From: Chrysomallon squamiferum
Lineage: Eukaryota > Animalia > Mollusca
Direction of reading: 5' to 3'
DNA: 64,000 bases
Assembly (NCBI GenBank): GCA_012295275.1
Contig: CM022675.1
Location: 11,036,001 to 11,100,000, forward strand
The notes below the pieces were generated by a model. It saw nothing but the letters and a program-made list of their open reading frames with translations, searched no databases and had not been told where the DNA came from. This document shows positions 15,812 to 30,347 of the stretch, piece after piece. Within the stretch, counting starts at the first letter, position 1; every line of letters starts with the position of its first letter. The translations under genes were made by a program, and so were the position numbers.

Positions 15812-16707
15812 TTCTCTCTTTCCGTATGTATGTATATGTGCAAACATGTTATGTGTGTGTAAAGAAAAAATATTAAGCAAATAATGATAATGAATTGCTA
15901 ACAATAATAACAATAATATAAATGACAGTAATAAAGAAATTTCTTTTAAACAATATTTTCGAGTAAAAAAAAACAAAACAAAAAAAACAGAAAGAAAAAA
16001 ACAATTAAAGAATAAATGTTAATAAAACAACAACAACAACAAAATAATAATAATAATAATAATAATAAAAGACCTCCCGGAAAAAAACAGCAGTAAATGT
16101 CACTTTCGATACAACAATTCATTTCACTGCACATTATGCACCATCCGAAAGCAAACGTATTATTATTTCAACGCGACTAACCATCTATTCTGGTCTATTT
16201 TTTCCGAGAAAAAGCTAGAAAGTGACAACTTTATGGAAGCAAATGTTATGGGCTAACCGCATTCATCTATCACCCAATTGTCACTTGCATCATATGCACA
16301 CGCGCAAACTGCCTCGAATTGAGAACGATGAAACGTGCACAGCGCTCGTGCAAGGTCGTGCAAATTTGAATGGAATTAAAACGTAATCTTGTTTAATTAA
16401 TCTCAGTTCGAACCTGGTGCGCTCTACACAAATAGTTGGAAATCGCCGGGCTTAATTGGGAACGAGCATGAGTTATGTACAATGTCCGAGGCGCTCGCTT
16501 AATGACATGTTTCATAATTCCCGGTGATGCCAGAAAGTGAAATTTATCACCTTCCAGAGAGTGGAAGCGCTTGCCCGGGTTGATTACGTTTTATCTGCGA
16601 CGTCCTGCAACCTTACATGTTGACAGAACTGGGTCTGCAGTAAAACCTGGTGAAACCTGGATAATACCTTTCTATTGTTTTCTTCTACTGTTTTTTTTTT
16701 TTTATTT

Positions 16708-16749
<42 letters not shown>

Positions 16750-16814
16750 TTTTTTTAATTTTTTTTTTTTTTTTTTTTTTTTGATGTAATTTTAGGTTTG
16801 GCTGTTTCTTTGTG

Positions 16815-16845
<31 letters not shown>

Positions 16846-17228
16846 TTTATTTTATTTTTTTTATTTTATTTTTATTTTATTTTATTTTATTTTATTTTAT
16901 TTTATTTTATTTTATTTTATTTTATTTTATTTCATTTTATTTCATTTCATTTTATTTTTTTTATTTTATTTTAAATTATTTTATTTTATTTATTTATTTT
17001 TTTAAATTTTCTTTTCTTTTCTTTTCTTTTCTTTTCTTTTATTTCATTTCATTTGTTTAATTGTTTTAGTATTATTATTGTACTGTTATTATTATGATTG
17101 TTGTTGTTGTTCCTATTATTATTATTATTGATTTATTTGTATTATAATTTGTTAGTTTCTATATTTTATTTTCCTTTATTTTACAACATATAAAAATCAT
17201 ATATAATAAAAATAACAACAAGAAAGGC

Positions 17229-17282
<54 letters not shown>

Positions 17283-17950
17283 ACAAACAAACACAAACAT
17301 ACATACAAACAAACAAATAAAACTAAACAAAAGAAATACAATCTTCAAAAGTCAAACCTACTACTATTATTATTATTTTTTTTTTCCATTCATAACCTAC
17401 AACTGTTAATGATGAGATACTTAATTCACGTCTATTCTATTCATATTTCATACATCACGTAGCCTACTATACTATTGAAAGAAACAGACAACACGAGCTG
17501 CAAAAAAAAAAAAAAAAAAAAAAAAAATAAAGAAACTTCAGACCAGTAAATTGTGGCAGTCATTGAAACAGGGTGACGAAGGAGGAAACTTTGAACATAT
17601 ACACATTTTGTCAAATCTGACAGGCAAAGGACAAAGAGATTGATTACAGAAACAAAGTTTCATGTTCAGTAAAAAAAAAAAAAAAAAAAAGAAGAAAAAG
17701 TGAAATCAATTGGTAGAAGACACGCAAGAAGTTTGTCGAAAATGAAGCGTTTGTATGTGGAAACAACATTATGTTTAGCGAATCCATTTAAAAACAAATA
17801 ACTGTAGCGTGAAGGAAGACGGAGAAATTGTTATTTATTGGTTCAGGGTTATTAGCTACAAAGCTCTGGACTTCTGTTGTTTTTTTTTTTGTTTTTTTTT
17901 GTTGTTTGTTGCAGGGTTTTTAAACCGTTCCAGAAACAACTTAACTGTTT

Positions 17951-18080
17951 GGGTCTTCATGAAAAACGATCAGAATTTAAGGTCTCTGAAAAAAAAAATG
18001 CTCTAGTTTTAGGGTCTTCGTGAAACGCTCTAGTTTTAGGGTCTTCATGAAATGATCTCGTTTTAGGGTCTTCGTGAAAA
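17951..18080 (+). repeat. 27-bp minisatellite (gctctagttttagggtcttcgtgaaac), 3 good copies plus 2 degenerate
   Basis: Visible directly; also gives the repeated FHEDPKTRA peptide in the ORF track. Confidence 0.85.
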
Positions 18081-19319
18081 ATGGTTAAGCTTTTTTGAGA
18101 ACTGTAGGGTTTAATAATAATATATTGGAGTTTTGAATTCATATCAAAGCCTTATACATAATTTATAATTTGCAAAAAGATGTTAAGTGTGTTCATTTTG
18201 TATGCGATTTACTGTGTTTGATGTAATAATGTTTCTGAATTTGGAAGTGTTTGGAACTGGGGGAGGTAAATACAGGATCCTTATACATCAACTTTACAAA
18301 AGTATGGGAAAACTGAATCTTTTTTTTTCCTTTTGATACATCGTTTCGTTTCATGGAATGAAAACACTGTATACGTTAGTACAGTGAAAGCATTAATTAA
18401 TAACAATAATATCAAAAACAAAATTACCTACTACTACTACTACTACTGCTACTACTGCTGCTCCTGCTGCTGCTGCTGTTACTGCTACTACTACTGTTAC
18501 TATTATCATTGCTACCTCTACTATTGCTACTACTACTACTACTACCACTAGTACTGCTACTACTAATAATAATAACATCTAATAATGATAGTGAATAGCA
18601 GTTGCGATGATAACGATGATAAAAGTAAGAATTGCAATAATAACGATGATGATACGATTGATGAGAATGTGGATGAAGAAGACGATGAATACTGCACAAT
18701 GAAACAAATAACTTTGCCACGTTTCATCTTCATTCTGACAAGAATGTAAATGGCTGTGAAAAAAACAACAACAACAACAACCTAAAACCCCCCCAAAAAA
18801 ACAACAACAAAAAAAACCCCAAAAAACAAACATGCATAGTTCATTTTTATGCCATAACCAATTCTGAACGTCACACAAACACGTGAATATGCGATTTATG
18901 TCAAAAATAATGAAAACGAAAACTGATGTGCATTTCAAACATACATTTCGTGCATGCGAAAAGATGAAGAGAAAGTTAAAAAAACAAAACAAAAAAAAAA
19001 AAAAAAACCCAAATGGGATGCACGTATGTACAATATGAAAATGAAGCTAAAAATGACATGCAATATATACAATTACAAATAAGAAAATTATTCTGTAAAG
19101 GATACCCGTAATTCCATACAAATGGAAATTAGTTTCTTTCTTTTCACAATGCAACAAGGAGGCTATCAGTAACAGTAAGCTTGGTTTGCCACACTTTTTA
19201 ATGACGCCAAACAGATATGTTTAGAAATTAGAACTGACACCAAATATTTAAGAAGAATTCTAAACCGAAATAAAGAAATTAGAAAACGACGACAATGCAT
19301 TGATCATTTTCACATTTTT

Positions 19320-19670
<351 letters not shown>

Positions 19671-20110
19671 TCGTTACAATATAAAGCAGCAATTTTTGTG
19701 TTTGTTGGTTGTAATTTTTTTTTTTTTTTTTTTTGTGTTTTTTTTAATGGAATAGAGGAAAAAGATGTTGGGAAAAATTGAAATCGAATCTGACGTGATC
19801 GCGAGAAACTTTGTCATTTTGTACCGCGTTTTGTGAAATGTGATAGGCGCTAGCTATTTGAAAACGCAATTCAAGAGAATGAGTATTTAGTGTCGATATA
19901 TTGTGCTTGACATAATGCAAAACAGTTACATATATATAGCTCAAGGGAACAGAGAATGGGCAGAGCAATTTTAGACTGTCATGAAGAGGGTCTGAAAATA
20001 TAATAAGATAGATCTAAACATTTCAATCAAATTATTATTTCTTGCTTTTAATCATATCTTGATGTTGTTGTTGTTGTTGTTGTAAGAAAGCTAGTGAAGT
20101 TACGAAGAAA

Positions 20111-20184
<74 letters not shown>

Positions 20185-20967
20185 CAATATTTTGTGTATG
20201 TGAATAATTATAAGGATCTGTGAAAGAAATATTTTTCTTCAACGTTTTTATGAAGCTTAGACATTGCTACAGACCTAATGATAACTGGTTTGGAAAACCT
20301 TTACCACCATTATATTACTAAATTAGCAACAAAAATTATTTCCTCTCTGCCTTCCCATGAACAGCAACGCGCACGCCGCGATCTGCGACAATCAATCTGA
20401 ATCAACGGTTGGAACGGGCGATTAATGAGCACGTGACGAAATGTACAAAAGAAAAAGAAAACAGAACAGAAACGAAGTGATTTTCTCCAGCAAATGTTCC
20501 GTGAAATAAGCTTTCTCCTTTTTTCCTCTCCATTCTTCGAATTTCTCGAAAACCTTTCGAGCCAAAAGCGAAACAGTTGAGCTATTTCCACCTGTTCTGT
20601 GGCGTGACTGAATTTTTGTTCCCTTTCTCTGAGAAAAGCAGAAATGCTAGGGACGAAGTGGAATTTGTTCCAGAGAGCACATTCACCGCGTCGAATTTTT
20701 GGCGAAGTGGCACATTTAATTAAAGCCGGTTTACTACAGAAGTGGTTTGGCCTGTGTCTTCTTTCATTTTTATCACAGATTGTGTCACTTAAACGCCAGA
20801 CCCGTTCAACTTGTCAAGTTTTAACGTCAAAAAAGAAAGGCATACGTATACCTTTAAAAAAAAAAAAATATATATATATATAAACAAAAATTAGAGCTAA
20901 AAATATATTTGCGTCTGAAGAGGTATGGGCTGAATGAAAAGGTACGGAAAAACAATAAAATAAAAGA

Positions 20968-21014
<47 letters not shown>

Positions 21015-21132
21015 ATACGTAAATAAATAAATAAATATTTTTATGTTAGATATTTTTAAAAATTTTGATCATTTATAGTTATCTTTTTTTTAATTATTTC
21101 CATTTTATTTTAGATATAATTCTTTATTATTA

Positions 21133-21172
<40 letters not shown>

Positions 21173-21175
21173 ATG

Positions 21176-21213
<38 letters not shown>

Positions 21214-21214
21214 G

Positions 21215-21249
<35 letters not shown>

Positions 21250-22581
21250 GTTTCATTATATATTATCTTATATATTTTACATTTTTTTTAACTTCTTTAT
21301 TTTATTTAATAAAAAAAAAAAAAATGCACAATCAAATATACTGATTATTTTAAAAAGTTAAATTTAGTTATTTACTTTACTATTTTATCTCTCTTTAAAT
21401 ACAGTCACAATACTATCCAGCATACAAGATCAATTCCTAGTCACTTTCATTAACATTACGCAATAACTGCGAGCACGACTCACACAAAAACCTGATCTAT
21501 TGTTCTGAAAATCCCAAATCCGTCATTTTTCTTGTTCCATTCACCGCTTCCGCATCCCATTAATCTGACAGCCATTTTTGTGATAAAATGTCTGCCTCAG
21601 GAACAAAAAAAAATAAAACCCCAAAACCCCAACAACATATAAAACAAAATAAAAATAATAAATCTGAAAGAACAACCGAACCCAGTCTTCTTAATCTGTC
21701 CGGCCCTATGAAAACATCGGCAATTTTTTTTTTTGTTTTTTTTATTTATTTATTTCGGCTTTCTCCGTCGTCTTCTGCCTTTCAACCATCTTTCTGCAGG
21801 TGAAATTTATTTCTCCGGACCTTGAAAGCATCTCGCTAGTTATGGACTATTTAATCCACCCATGTCAATTACATGGATACATTTCTGACAGAAATTCCAT
21901 TCAATTAAAAACGACCATTTTTCCCAGCCGTTGGCTCTGTGCAGCTCTTAACACTGGAACATAAAAGATCGGCCTTCACTGAAGTTGGGGCCATTAAACA
22001 ACAATATAATATAAAATACGAGCATTGCTTCGCTCAGAATGTCCCAGTCTCAGCAAATTGCAAATGTTTATGATTATTTTTCTCTCTTTATTGCCCATGC
22101 TGTTTCGCCATGAACGCAATTTGTATTCTCTTTAAAACACGAAGCTTTATCCAAACCGTGTTTTCAACAAAAGCTGTGTTTAGTTTCCCTGCGAACGTGG
22201 AACCGAAGAGTACGTGCAATTAATTGTGTGTGTAGTTGGGCGTCTGTGCGTGTGAGGAAAGCCCGTGCCCCTTTCGAGAAATTACTGGATTATTTGTAAC
22301 CTGCTCTTTTCGGAATATACGTTAGAATTCGACGAAATGGTTAAATGTTATATTTTCGTTTCGTTATTGCCATTTCGTTTTTTTTTTTTTTTTTTTTTCC
22401 CCGAAGATACATCATGTACAAAATTCAGGAAATTTTGGTCATTATGTTTACAGAGAGAAGGAATAATCAATTATTATTAATTTTTTTATTCATTTACGTG
22501 ATGTTAAAATATGCATAATTCGATTAAAAAAAAAAAAAAAGAAAGAGAAAGAAATCCATAATTGTATTCTGTGCCTATACT

Positions 22582-22681
22582 GGATTATTATTCAAAATCA
22601 GTGCAATCGTTCCTATGGATTAAATATCGACTGAATGGATTAGCGATAGTAATTAAGAAGACCGATGGATTAACCGGATTA
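22582..22681 (+). promoter_or_regulatory. Homotypic GGATTA cluster (K50 homeodomain Otx/Pitx/Gsc-type sites)
   Basis: GGATTA at 22582, 22617, 22637, 22667 and 22676, all on the same strand; another at 22909. Confidence 0.5.
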
Positions 22682-23146
22682 AGGAATACCTAATCGATAA
22701 AATAAGAGTAAGTCATTTTTTTTTTTTTTAACAATGTAAGTATATTCTCGAAATTCACCTGTCAGGTATAGAATTCTGTTTATCAAACTCCTTCATCATC
22801 ATCATCATCATCATCATCGTCATAATTATCATTCTCCTCCTTCTCCTTTTCCTCATCCTCATCTTCATTATTATTAAGCACCCTTTGTAAACAAAGCGAG
22901 AGGTGAATGGATTAACCAAAAACTGTCTGTCGAGAGCTTTCGAGAGACATTCTGAGTAAAATAACAGTTATTTTCCTTCACTCTAATGGTTTTAGACAGG
23001 GCAGGTAAGGAGTTCCTGTCTGGGCATTCTGCTAAAACTTCTGTTATTCCTTTTGCTATTCATTTAGCTAGTGTACTGTTTACTGTGAGCATCTGAAGCA
23101 CGTAGACTGAGTTATGTAGAGAATAATCGATATATATATATATGTA

Positions 23147-23200
<54 letters not shown>

Positions 23201-23929
23201 AGTGTAAGCGTCTAGGTGTAGAATCATGTGTGTATGCAATTGAATTTGGGTAGAAAAGGAGAGGGAGCGAGAATAGAGAAAGAGAGGCAGAGAGACAGAT
23301 AGATGGAAATATATGGATATACAGATAGAAAGAAAGATGGATAGTTGGAAAGGCAGATGGATAGATAGACCGACAAATAGATAGATAGAAGGATAGATAG
23401 AGGTGCATTATTTGTTACAAAATATATAATAAATAAAAACAGATAACGACAGTTGAGTAAACACGTTAAATAAACAAATTAAAGCAGCATCGACAGTGTT
23501 TATTACAACAATACAAAAACAATCAACATTAAAGAGAGCAACTGTGAAAAACGTCGAGAAATTAGCATTCAAAGGAATAAAGTTTAAATGACACTGTGCA
23601 CTGTCATTTTTTTTTTTTTTTTTTTTTTTTTTCTGAAACATTAGACATCGAAAGCTCATTGCAACGACATCATCATCATCATCATCATCATCTTCGAAAA
23701 ACACTCAAGACTGGACGTCACCAGACAAAGGAAGGAAGCCACGAAAGTTCGAATTATCAAGAATTCCGGAAACGGATTCAATAATCACGAAACCCACGAA
23801 GTTCCCCCCAATCGGCAGACTTCTAGATTGGTTCGTCTGAAACGCGAAGATTTATTGGGCCCGGTGTCATTTCGCTTGAGAAGCGATCATAGTTCTGAAG
23901 TAACTAAATTCATACAGATTTGCTGAACG

Positions 23930-24274
23930 GTTATAAATCAGACAGCCAATTTGGTTTCTTTGGTTTTCGATAAACTACCTGTCAATCGAAGCCTTATTTA
24001 CTGCCCCTGGGGATGACGTCAAAGGCGCTCCGTACTAAACCAGAAACGTGTGCACGTTCTACGCACTTGTTATCGAAACGCTTTACTGGACTTTGCAGTG
24101 AAGCTATCTCAATCTCTGGGATCTGGGATTTAAGGAGTGTATGCATAGAATTGTCATCCTACTGAAACATTTGCATAGTTTCGCAGTCCTTGTATAGTTT
24201 TCGTAACCGTGAATTATAAGGATATACAGTTCAGGCGTAAGGGTTTTGAATAATAATAACTACTACTGCTACTA

Positions 24275-24306
<32 letters not shown>

Positions 24307-24483
24307 ATTAAACTGGAACAACAAAAGCATCAAAGATAAATCTGTCCCTAAGAAAAGAAAAATTAAAAATAAATAAATAATTAAAATCTACCGTCCTTAC
24401 TGAACACTCCCCAATACAGAAAACAAACAACGTAGTCCTAGCAACTCAGTGACGTCAAATAAATGGCAAGTATTGTGACGTCA
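23930..24483. promoter_or_regulatory. Candidate enhancer with three full CRE palindromes plus Hox/Pbx/Meis- and EBF-like sites
   Basis: TGACGTCA at 24014, 24450 and 24476; ATAAATCA at 23933; CTGTCAATC at 23979; GCCCCTGGGGA at 24003. Confidence 0.45.
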
Positions 24484-25715
24484 GATGTCATCTTTGGACA
24501 TTCAGCCTGTCCCATCGAGATACCTGGGGTTATTTATTTATTTATTTATTTATTATTTTATTTATTTCCTGTTGTTGTTGTTGTTGCTTTGATTATTTCT
24601 GTTACTATCACTATTATAGCATTTAGTTTTTGTGGGGGGTTTATGGAGGCGTTTTTTGAGCGATTTTTTCCCCTGTTTTACAGTAACCATTATTATTATT
24701 ATTATTATTAATACGACTGGCAAAAAAAAAAAAACATCAGCCATCATTGTACCTACTTATAAACTTTCAACTCTGATTCTGTCGCTTAGCTCTTGCCGTT
24801 CTCGGAACTGTCTCCTTCATTCAATACCCTAATTGCGAAACTTGATGCCTTAGATGCAGCTGCAAGAGAGAGCCCGATAATGGAATTAACAAATTCAATC
24901 GTATTATACACAATCTTGCAATAGACGCCCGCGGTGCTGAACGAGCCGATTGCTGGTACTGTATCGAGTTTGACCAATAAATAATAATTTAACAGCGCTC
25001 TTGAACAATGGCCAATCGATAATCACCTGACAGAAGGTTACGGCAGTGGTCACGTGATCACGCCTTAAGGCCGCTTAAATCATAATAACATGTCTATCCC
25101 GCCAGCATTTAATTTTTCATTAATTTGTCACTTGTAGAGTAAATAAATTGACTAGGAATTTTTTTTATTTTTTTCTCTTTTTTTCCGTCTTGTGATTTTT
25201 TTTCTTTTGTTATTATTATTATTTATTTATTTATTTATTCATTCATTTATTTAATATTATTATTATTTATTTATTTATTTATTTATTTTTAAATTTTAGA
25301 ATGTTTGGAAAACCGATTAATTCTAATGGATTTTTTTCCTTTTCCCCTCTCTTAATTCACAATTCATTTACATTCTGCACATAAACGCAGTTAATAATGA
25401 AAGAGAGTAAATAAAAGTGACATGGAAATAAATGATATCGTTTGCTAAAATTACTGTAGTGACATGCAGCTTTGTAGTATACACATTTATTTTCGTTTTA
25501 ATCATCATATAATTTGTTTGATTGTTTGCTTCATTATTTATTGAATTGTTTATTCATTTGTCTCTTTGTTCGTTGATTTATTTATCTTTTTTACTATTTG
25601 CTCAAAACTGTTTGTTTGTTTCTTTATTTCTTTACTTATTTTTTCGTTTTTTCTTTTTTTCTGTCTTTTTTCTTTCTTTATTGTTTGTTTATTTCTTTCA
25701 TTCGTTCTTTCTTTC

Positions 25716-25748
<33 letters not shown>

Positions 25749-25756
25749 GTTGTTGT

Positions 25757-25788
<32 letters not shown>

Positions 25789-28242
25789 ATTATTATTATT
25801 ATACCGAAAAGTCAATAGGGACACACGTATTTCTTTCATTCCCGAATCCAATGGGCGTCTCCCTTAATTAAAAACACACAATACAATAAATAAACAAGCC
25901 ATGCTTCTAATGTCAAACAAGCTTAATCCTGAGACAATTCTTCCATTAATCGCATGGCAAAGCAGACAGAAGACGTATGGTAAGTTTCAAACAAAGACAG
26001 GAGTTAAGAGTTTAAATATATAGCTGGAGATCGCTAGGCGTTAGCGGTACTTATGTAATAACAGAAAACCTTATCCGGTAACAAAGTGTTTGTTTTATGC
26101 TGCTTAATCCGGCAATTTATTTTCTTGCTTTGCCTTGTGACTGTTCTCGTAGAAGTATCGCTGAATCACGCTGCACGCTTCCGTGTGTTGCAGGGTTTTA
26201 GATGCGTTGATTTACTCGTTCCTGCTTTCTCGTAGATCATTCATTTCTCTGTTGTTCGTTCGCTCCCACGTATTCTTAATTTCGTTTATTTTTCACTTTT
26301 TCATTCGTTCGTTCAGTGTTGTTAATTTAGATTGATTTATTCACAAAATTTTACGAGTTAGGTTTATTTTTTTTTTTTTTAAATTATTATTCAGTTTTAA
26401 AATTAGTTATTTTAGTTTGTTTTTTGGGGCTTTTTTATTTTATTTTTTATTTTATTTTTTTTTTTTTTTTTTTTTTCTTGTGTGTGAATGTTTGTGTATA
26501 TCTGTATATCCAGTTTGTATATTCGTATACCTAGCTTACCTCATCTTTGAAACAAATTAAATCGTTTTATGTTTGTTATTTTATGCAACAACAAATGCAA
26601 TAATGGCAATACTAGCAATAATAATAATAATAATAATGATGATGATACTGATGATAATGATGACGATGATGATGATGATGATAATAATAGTAGTAGTAGT
26701 AGAGGTAGTAATAATATTAGTAGTAGCAGTAGTAGTAGTAGTAGCAGCATCAGTAGTAACACAGCAGTAATAATAATAATAACAAAAAATAATAACAATT
26801 TATGCACTACCAAGAATACGTTTTATTTATTTATTACTTTTTAATAATTTATTAATTTATTCATAAACGAAAGAATTATTTCTAAGTGCATCGCTTCATT
26901 AATCACACACGCACAAAAATAACAATCAGCCAGGCATGCATTTATTTTATTTGCCTTCATTTACGTTACCTACACATAATCCACGCAAGTTTATCTGGGA
27001 TTAACTTCGTATCCTTTGCCCGTCTGAATAATTTTTTTTAAACTGATAACCTTACCCCCAAGTCATCTGCTACGGCGGATACCAGTTCATTTAACAATAG
27101 ACGAGTGGGCGTGGCAGCGTTAGATCCGTTACCGCTGAAACGCACGTAACTCAATTAGAGACATTCCAGGCAATATGTTACACAAAAGTCACAGTGTTGT
27201 TCACTTCGTTGTAAGCCAGTGGACAAAGGAGGCACGTTGCTCGAAAGATCTCGTATGGAAACCGAAGCTTATGGTTTTTTTCTAAACGTTGACGTTCTTT
27301 ATTTTTTCCAATGTGGACACGTAACGTGATCCTTCGCTCTAACGTGTTCCGAAATCGTATCCGGTTTTCCGTTACGACCTCTTTCCTTTTTTTTTTTGAG
27401 CGAGATTCGCAACAAGAGTAAGAAATCAGGTAACATACAGAACAACAACCGAAATAAAATAATGTAGGTGTGATCAGTTATAAAAAAGATACCTGTGTGA
27501 CAATGTTGTGCTTGTTGTTGTTGTCAATGGGTGTTGCGTTTCGTGGTTAAACAAATGAAGATGTATAAAATACCGGGGCATAGCAAGTCTGTCTTTGTAG
27601 GAGTCACTTTTGTGTACGTGATGTTGTTCTCATCAGAGTGAGATACACGTTGTTGTCGTGTCTGCCGTTTGTCAAAGCATTTGAAACACGGAAATACACA
27701 CACACATACACACACACAAACATTCACACACACAAACATTCACACACACAAACATTCACACGCTCATACGTAATTTAAAAAAAAAAATTATTTATTAATT
27801 ATTTATCGCTAATTTTGTCATTACTATTACGGCTAAGACCATCATCATCATCTTCTATCAGAAATATTCTTTTTCTTCTTCTTCTTCTTCTTCTTATGAC
27901 GTTTATTATTGCTATTATTATTAAGATTATTACTATTATTATTATTATTATTAGTGTTATGAGTGTTGTTGTTGTTGTTGCTGTTGTTGCTGTTGTTGTA
28001 ATTGTCGTTGTTGCTACTACTCTGTTAATCTCAGGGATATTTATCACTATGTACTTTTCCTTTTCTTTCTTTTTTTCTTCTTTTTTTTGCAACAATAAAC
28101 AATAATATTAATAAATTTTCTATCAACAAATCAAACATTATTTACTTCAAAACGAAAAACAATCAACAAAATTAAAAAAAAAGGAAATAAAAATTAATAC
28201 AAACTCTTTAAAAGGACTTCTAATCGTCACACGTTACAGTCA

Positions 28243-28298
<56 letters not shown>

Positions 28299-28429
28299 CA
28301 CTGTCTCTCTCTTTCTCGAGTAGCAGTAACACAAAACACATCTATCATGTTACAAAACGGACACAAGTCGTCTCTCCAGATTCGTTGGTATTTAAAACAA
28401 CTATTTACTTCAAATGGGTAAATTGTATC

Positions 28430-28740
28430 TAAGGGTGTCAGGCGGGTCCATAACTCACTGTCTCCCTCTCTCTCTTTCCCTCTGCTCGCCCGCACCAAAC
28501 CAGCTAACGTATTTGTTTCGCTCGCCATAATTTACGCATGATGTATGCTTCGTGCTGGACACTTTTTCCCTTGCCTTTCTCCCAGCTTGTCGTTAGCCAT
28601 GTGCACGCGCAATATATCAGTCTCGCGAGGCTAGCGCGAGCTGACCCTGTGTCCTCCATGTGGCACGCGGATGGGATGACTCTTAGGTCGAGGGGGAAGG
28701 ATGGGGGTGAGGGGTGAGGGAAGGAAGGAGAGTCGAGGCA
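28430..28740. promoter_or_regulatory. GC/CpG-rich promoter-like island with G-quadruplex motif
   Basis: TCTCGCGAG at 28621, several CGCG, four G-runs at 28692-28720, CCATAATTTACG at ~28525. Confidence 0.35.
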
Positions 28741-28842
28741 ACACAAAACAAAAATATTATAATAATAAATAAAACGAAGAAAAGAAAGTAAAAAAAATAA
28801 AAAAAAAAAAAGATGCATGTTGTTTCTATGACCTGTAGGACT

Positions 28843-28940
<98 letters not shown>

Positions 28941-29584
28941 AAAGGAAAAGGATGGAAGAAATTAATACAAGAAAGAAAAAAAACAGAGGAAAAAGAATGG
29001 AAGTTAGATGCATAAATATTAATGATCTTTTGCTAAAATTGCATATTAACTTGTTAGTGTGTGCTTATGTGTGTTTGTGTTTCTGTGTGTGATATAATAT
29101 ATATTATGTGTTCATTTCAACTGTGTATATAACGCGGACATATTGTTATATATAATAATTTAGATATGTAGGTAAGTGTGCGTGTGTATACGTGACCTAT
29201 GTATGTCTTAACGTAAACACAGATACCAAAAGATATGCATTATAAATAAAACATTGCGTGCATAATATAAAGTTACCTATCCTTTATCAACTAGTGAATT
29301 TGTTAACAATTTGTCTTATTGGGGTTACTCGGTTCATTTGAATAAATAACGTTGTGACAACAGAAACGCCAGAATAATATTACCTTGATAACATCAGTAC
29401 TTCGTTTCATATCGTCAGTCTCCGTGACTTGTACTATTTCCGGTAATATTGTTTACCGACAAGTGTCACAAAAGACCGATATTTTATCAGCTAGAATATC
29501 AGTACGTTCTGACAAATGAATTTTTTTTTTTTTTTTTTTTTTTTTGAATGGTTAAGCTAAATAAAGGTGTAATAATGAGACCCT

Positions 29585-29676
29585 ACTTTTAATAACGATC
29601 TCACAGACTGGAACAAATGACAGAAAAGGTGCATTAACATGACTCAACTTTTAATAACGATTTTATGGACTGGAAC
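29585..29676 (+). repeat. Pair of 30-bp imperfect direct repeats (acttttaataacgat....gactggaac)
   Basis: Copies at 29585-29614 and 29647-29676. Confidence 0.8.
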
Positions 29677-29705
29677 GAAGAAGGGATACGAACGAGTCAT
29701 TCAGA

Positions 29706-29744
<39 letters not shown>

Positions 29745-30024
29745 GTGTGTATATATACAGAGAGTGAGAGAGAAAGAGACAGAGACACATATACATATAT
29801 AGATAAAGAAGCTATTTGTGTTACAACATATATAATGAGTAACAGAAGATTACATCAAATTGTAGCGGATATGAGAAGCATCAGAAGTGATTCAGAAAAC
29901 ACTCCTTGTTGTCATTTTTGACACTGGGGTCGCTTGCTGCAAAACACTTCGAGACAAACAACGAAACAGGATGGGTAGTCTGGACAACAGATCATTTAAT
30001 TACACACACACAAACACACACACA

Positions 30025-30081
<57 letters not shown>

Positions 30082-30298
30082 ACACACACACACATATATA
30101 TATATAACAAAAATGTGTGTTAGCTGTTGCAGTTTTGAACTGCGTTAATTTGAACTGATAGTTTCGATTGCAGTTTTTATAAACCAAATTTGTCTTTTTT
30201 TAGTCTGTATGATTGACCTAAATCAAGAATAAAGTGAATTAAACTAATAAATAAATAAATAAATAAAAATAGAAATAAAAATAAGAATAAAAAGAAAA

Positions 30299-30347
<49 letters not shown>

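Noticed and set aside
16400-16420. tRNA T-arm / B-box-like CAGTTCGAACCTG
   Set aside because: No A box, D arm, anticodon arm or acceptor stem.
18000-18080. TTAGGG within the 27-bp minisatellite as interstitial telomere
   Set aside because: One hexamer per unit, not tandem telomeric repeats.
29385-29425. Hammerhead-like CTGACGA-tat-GAAAC on the minus strand (similar strings at ~34007 + and ~48400 -)
   Set aside because: Stem II is absent or too short and stem I does not pair.
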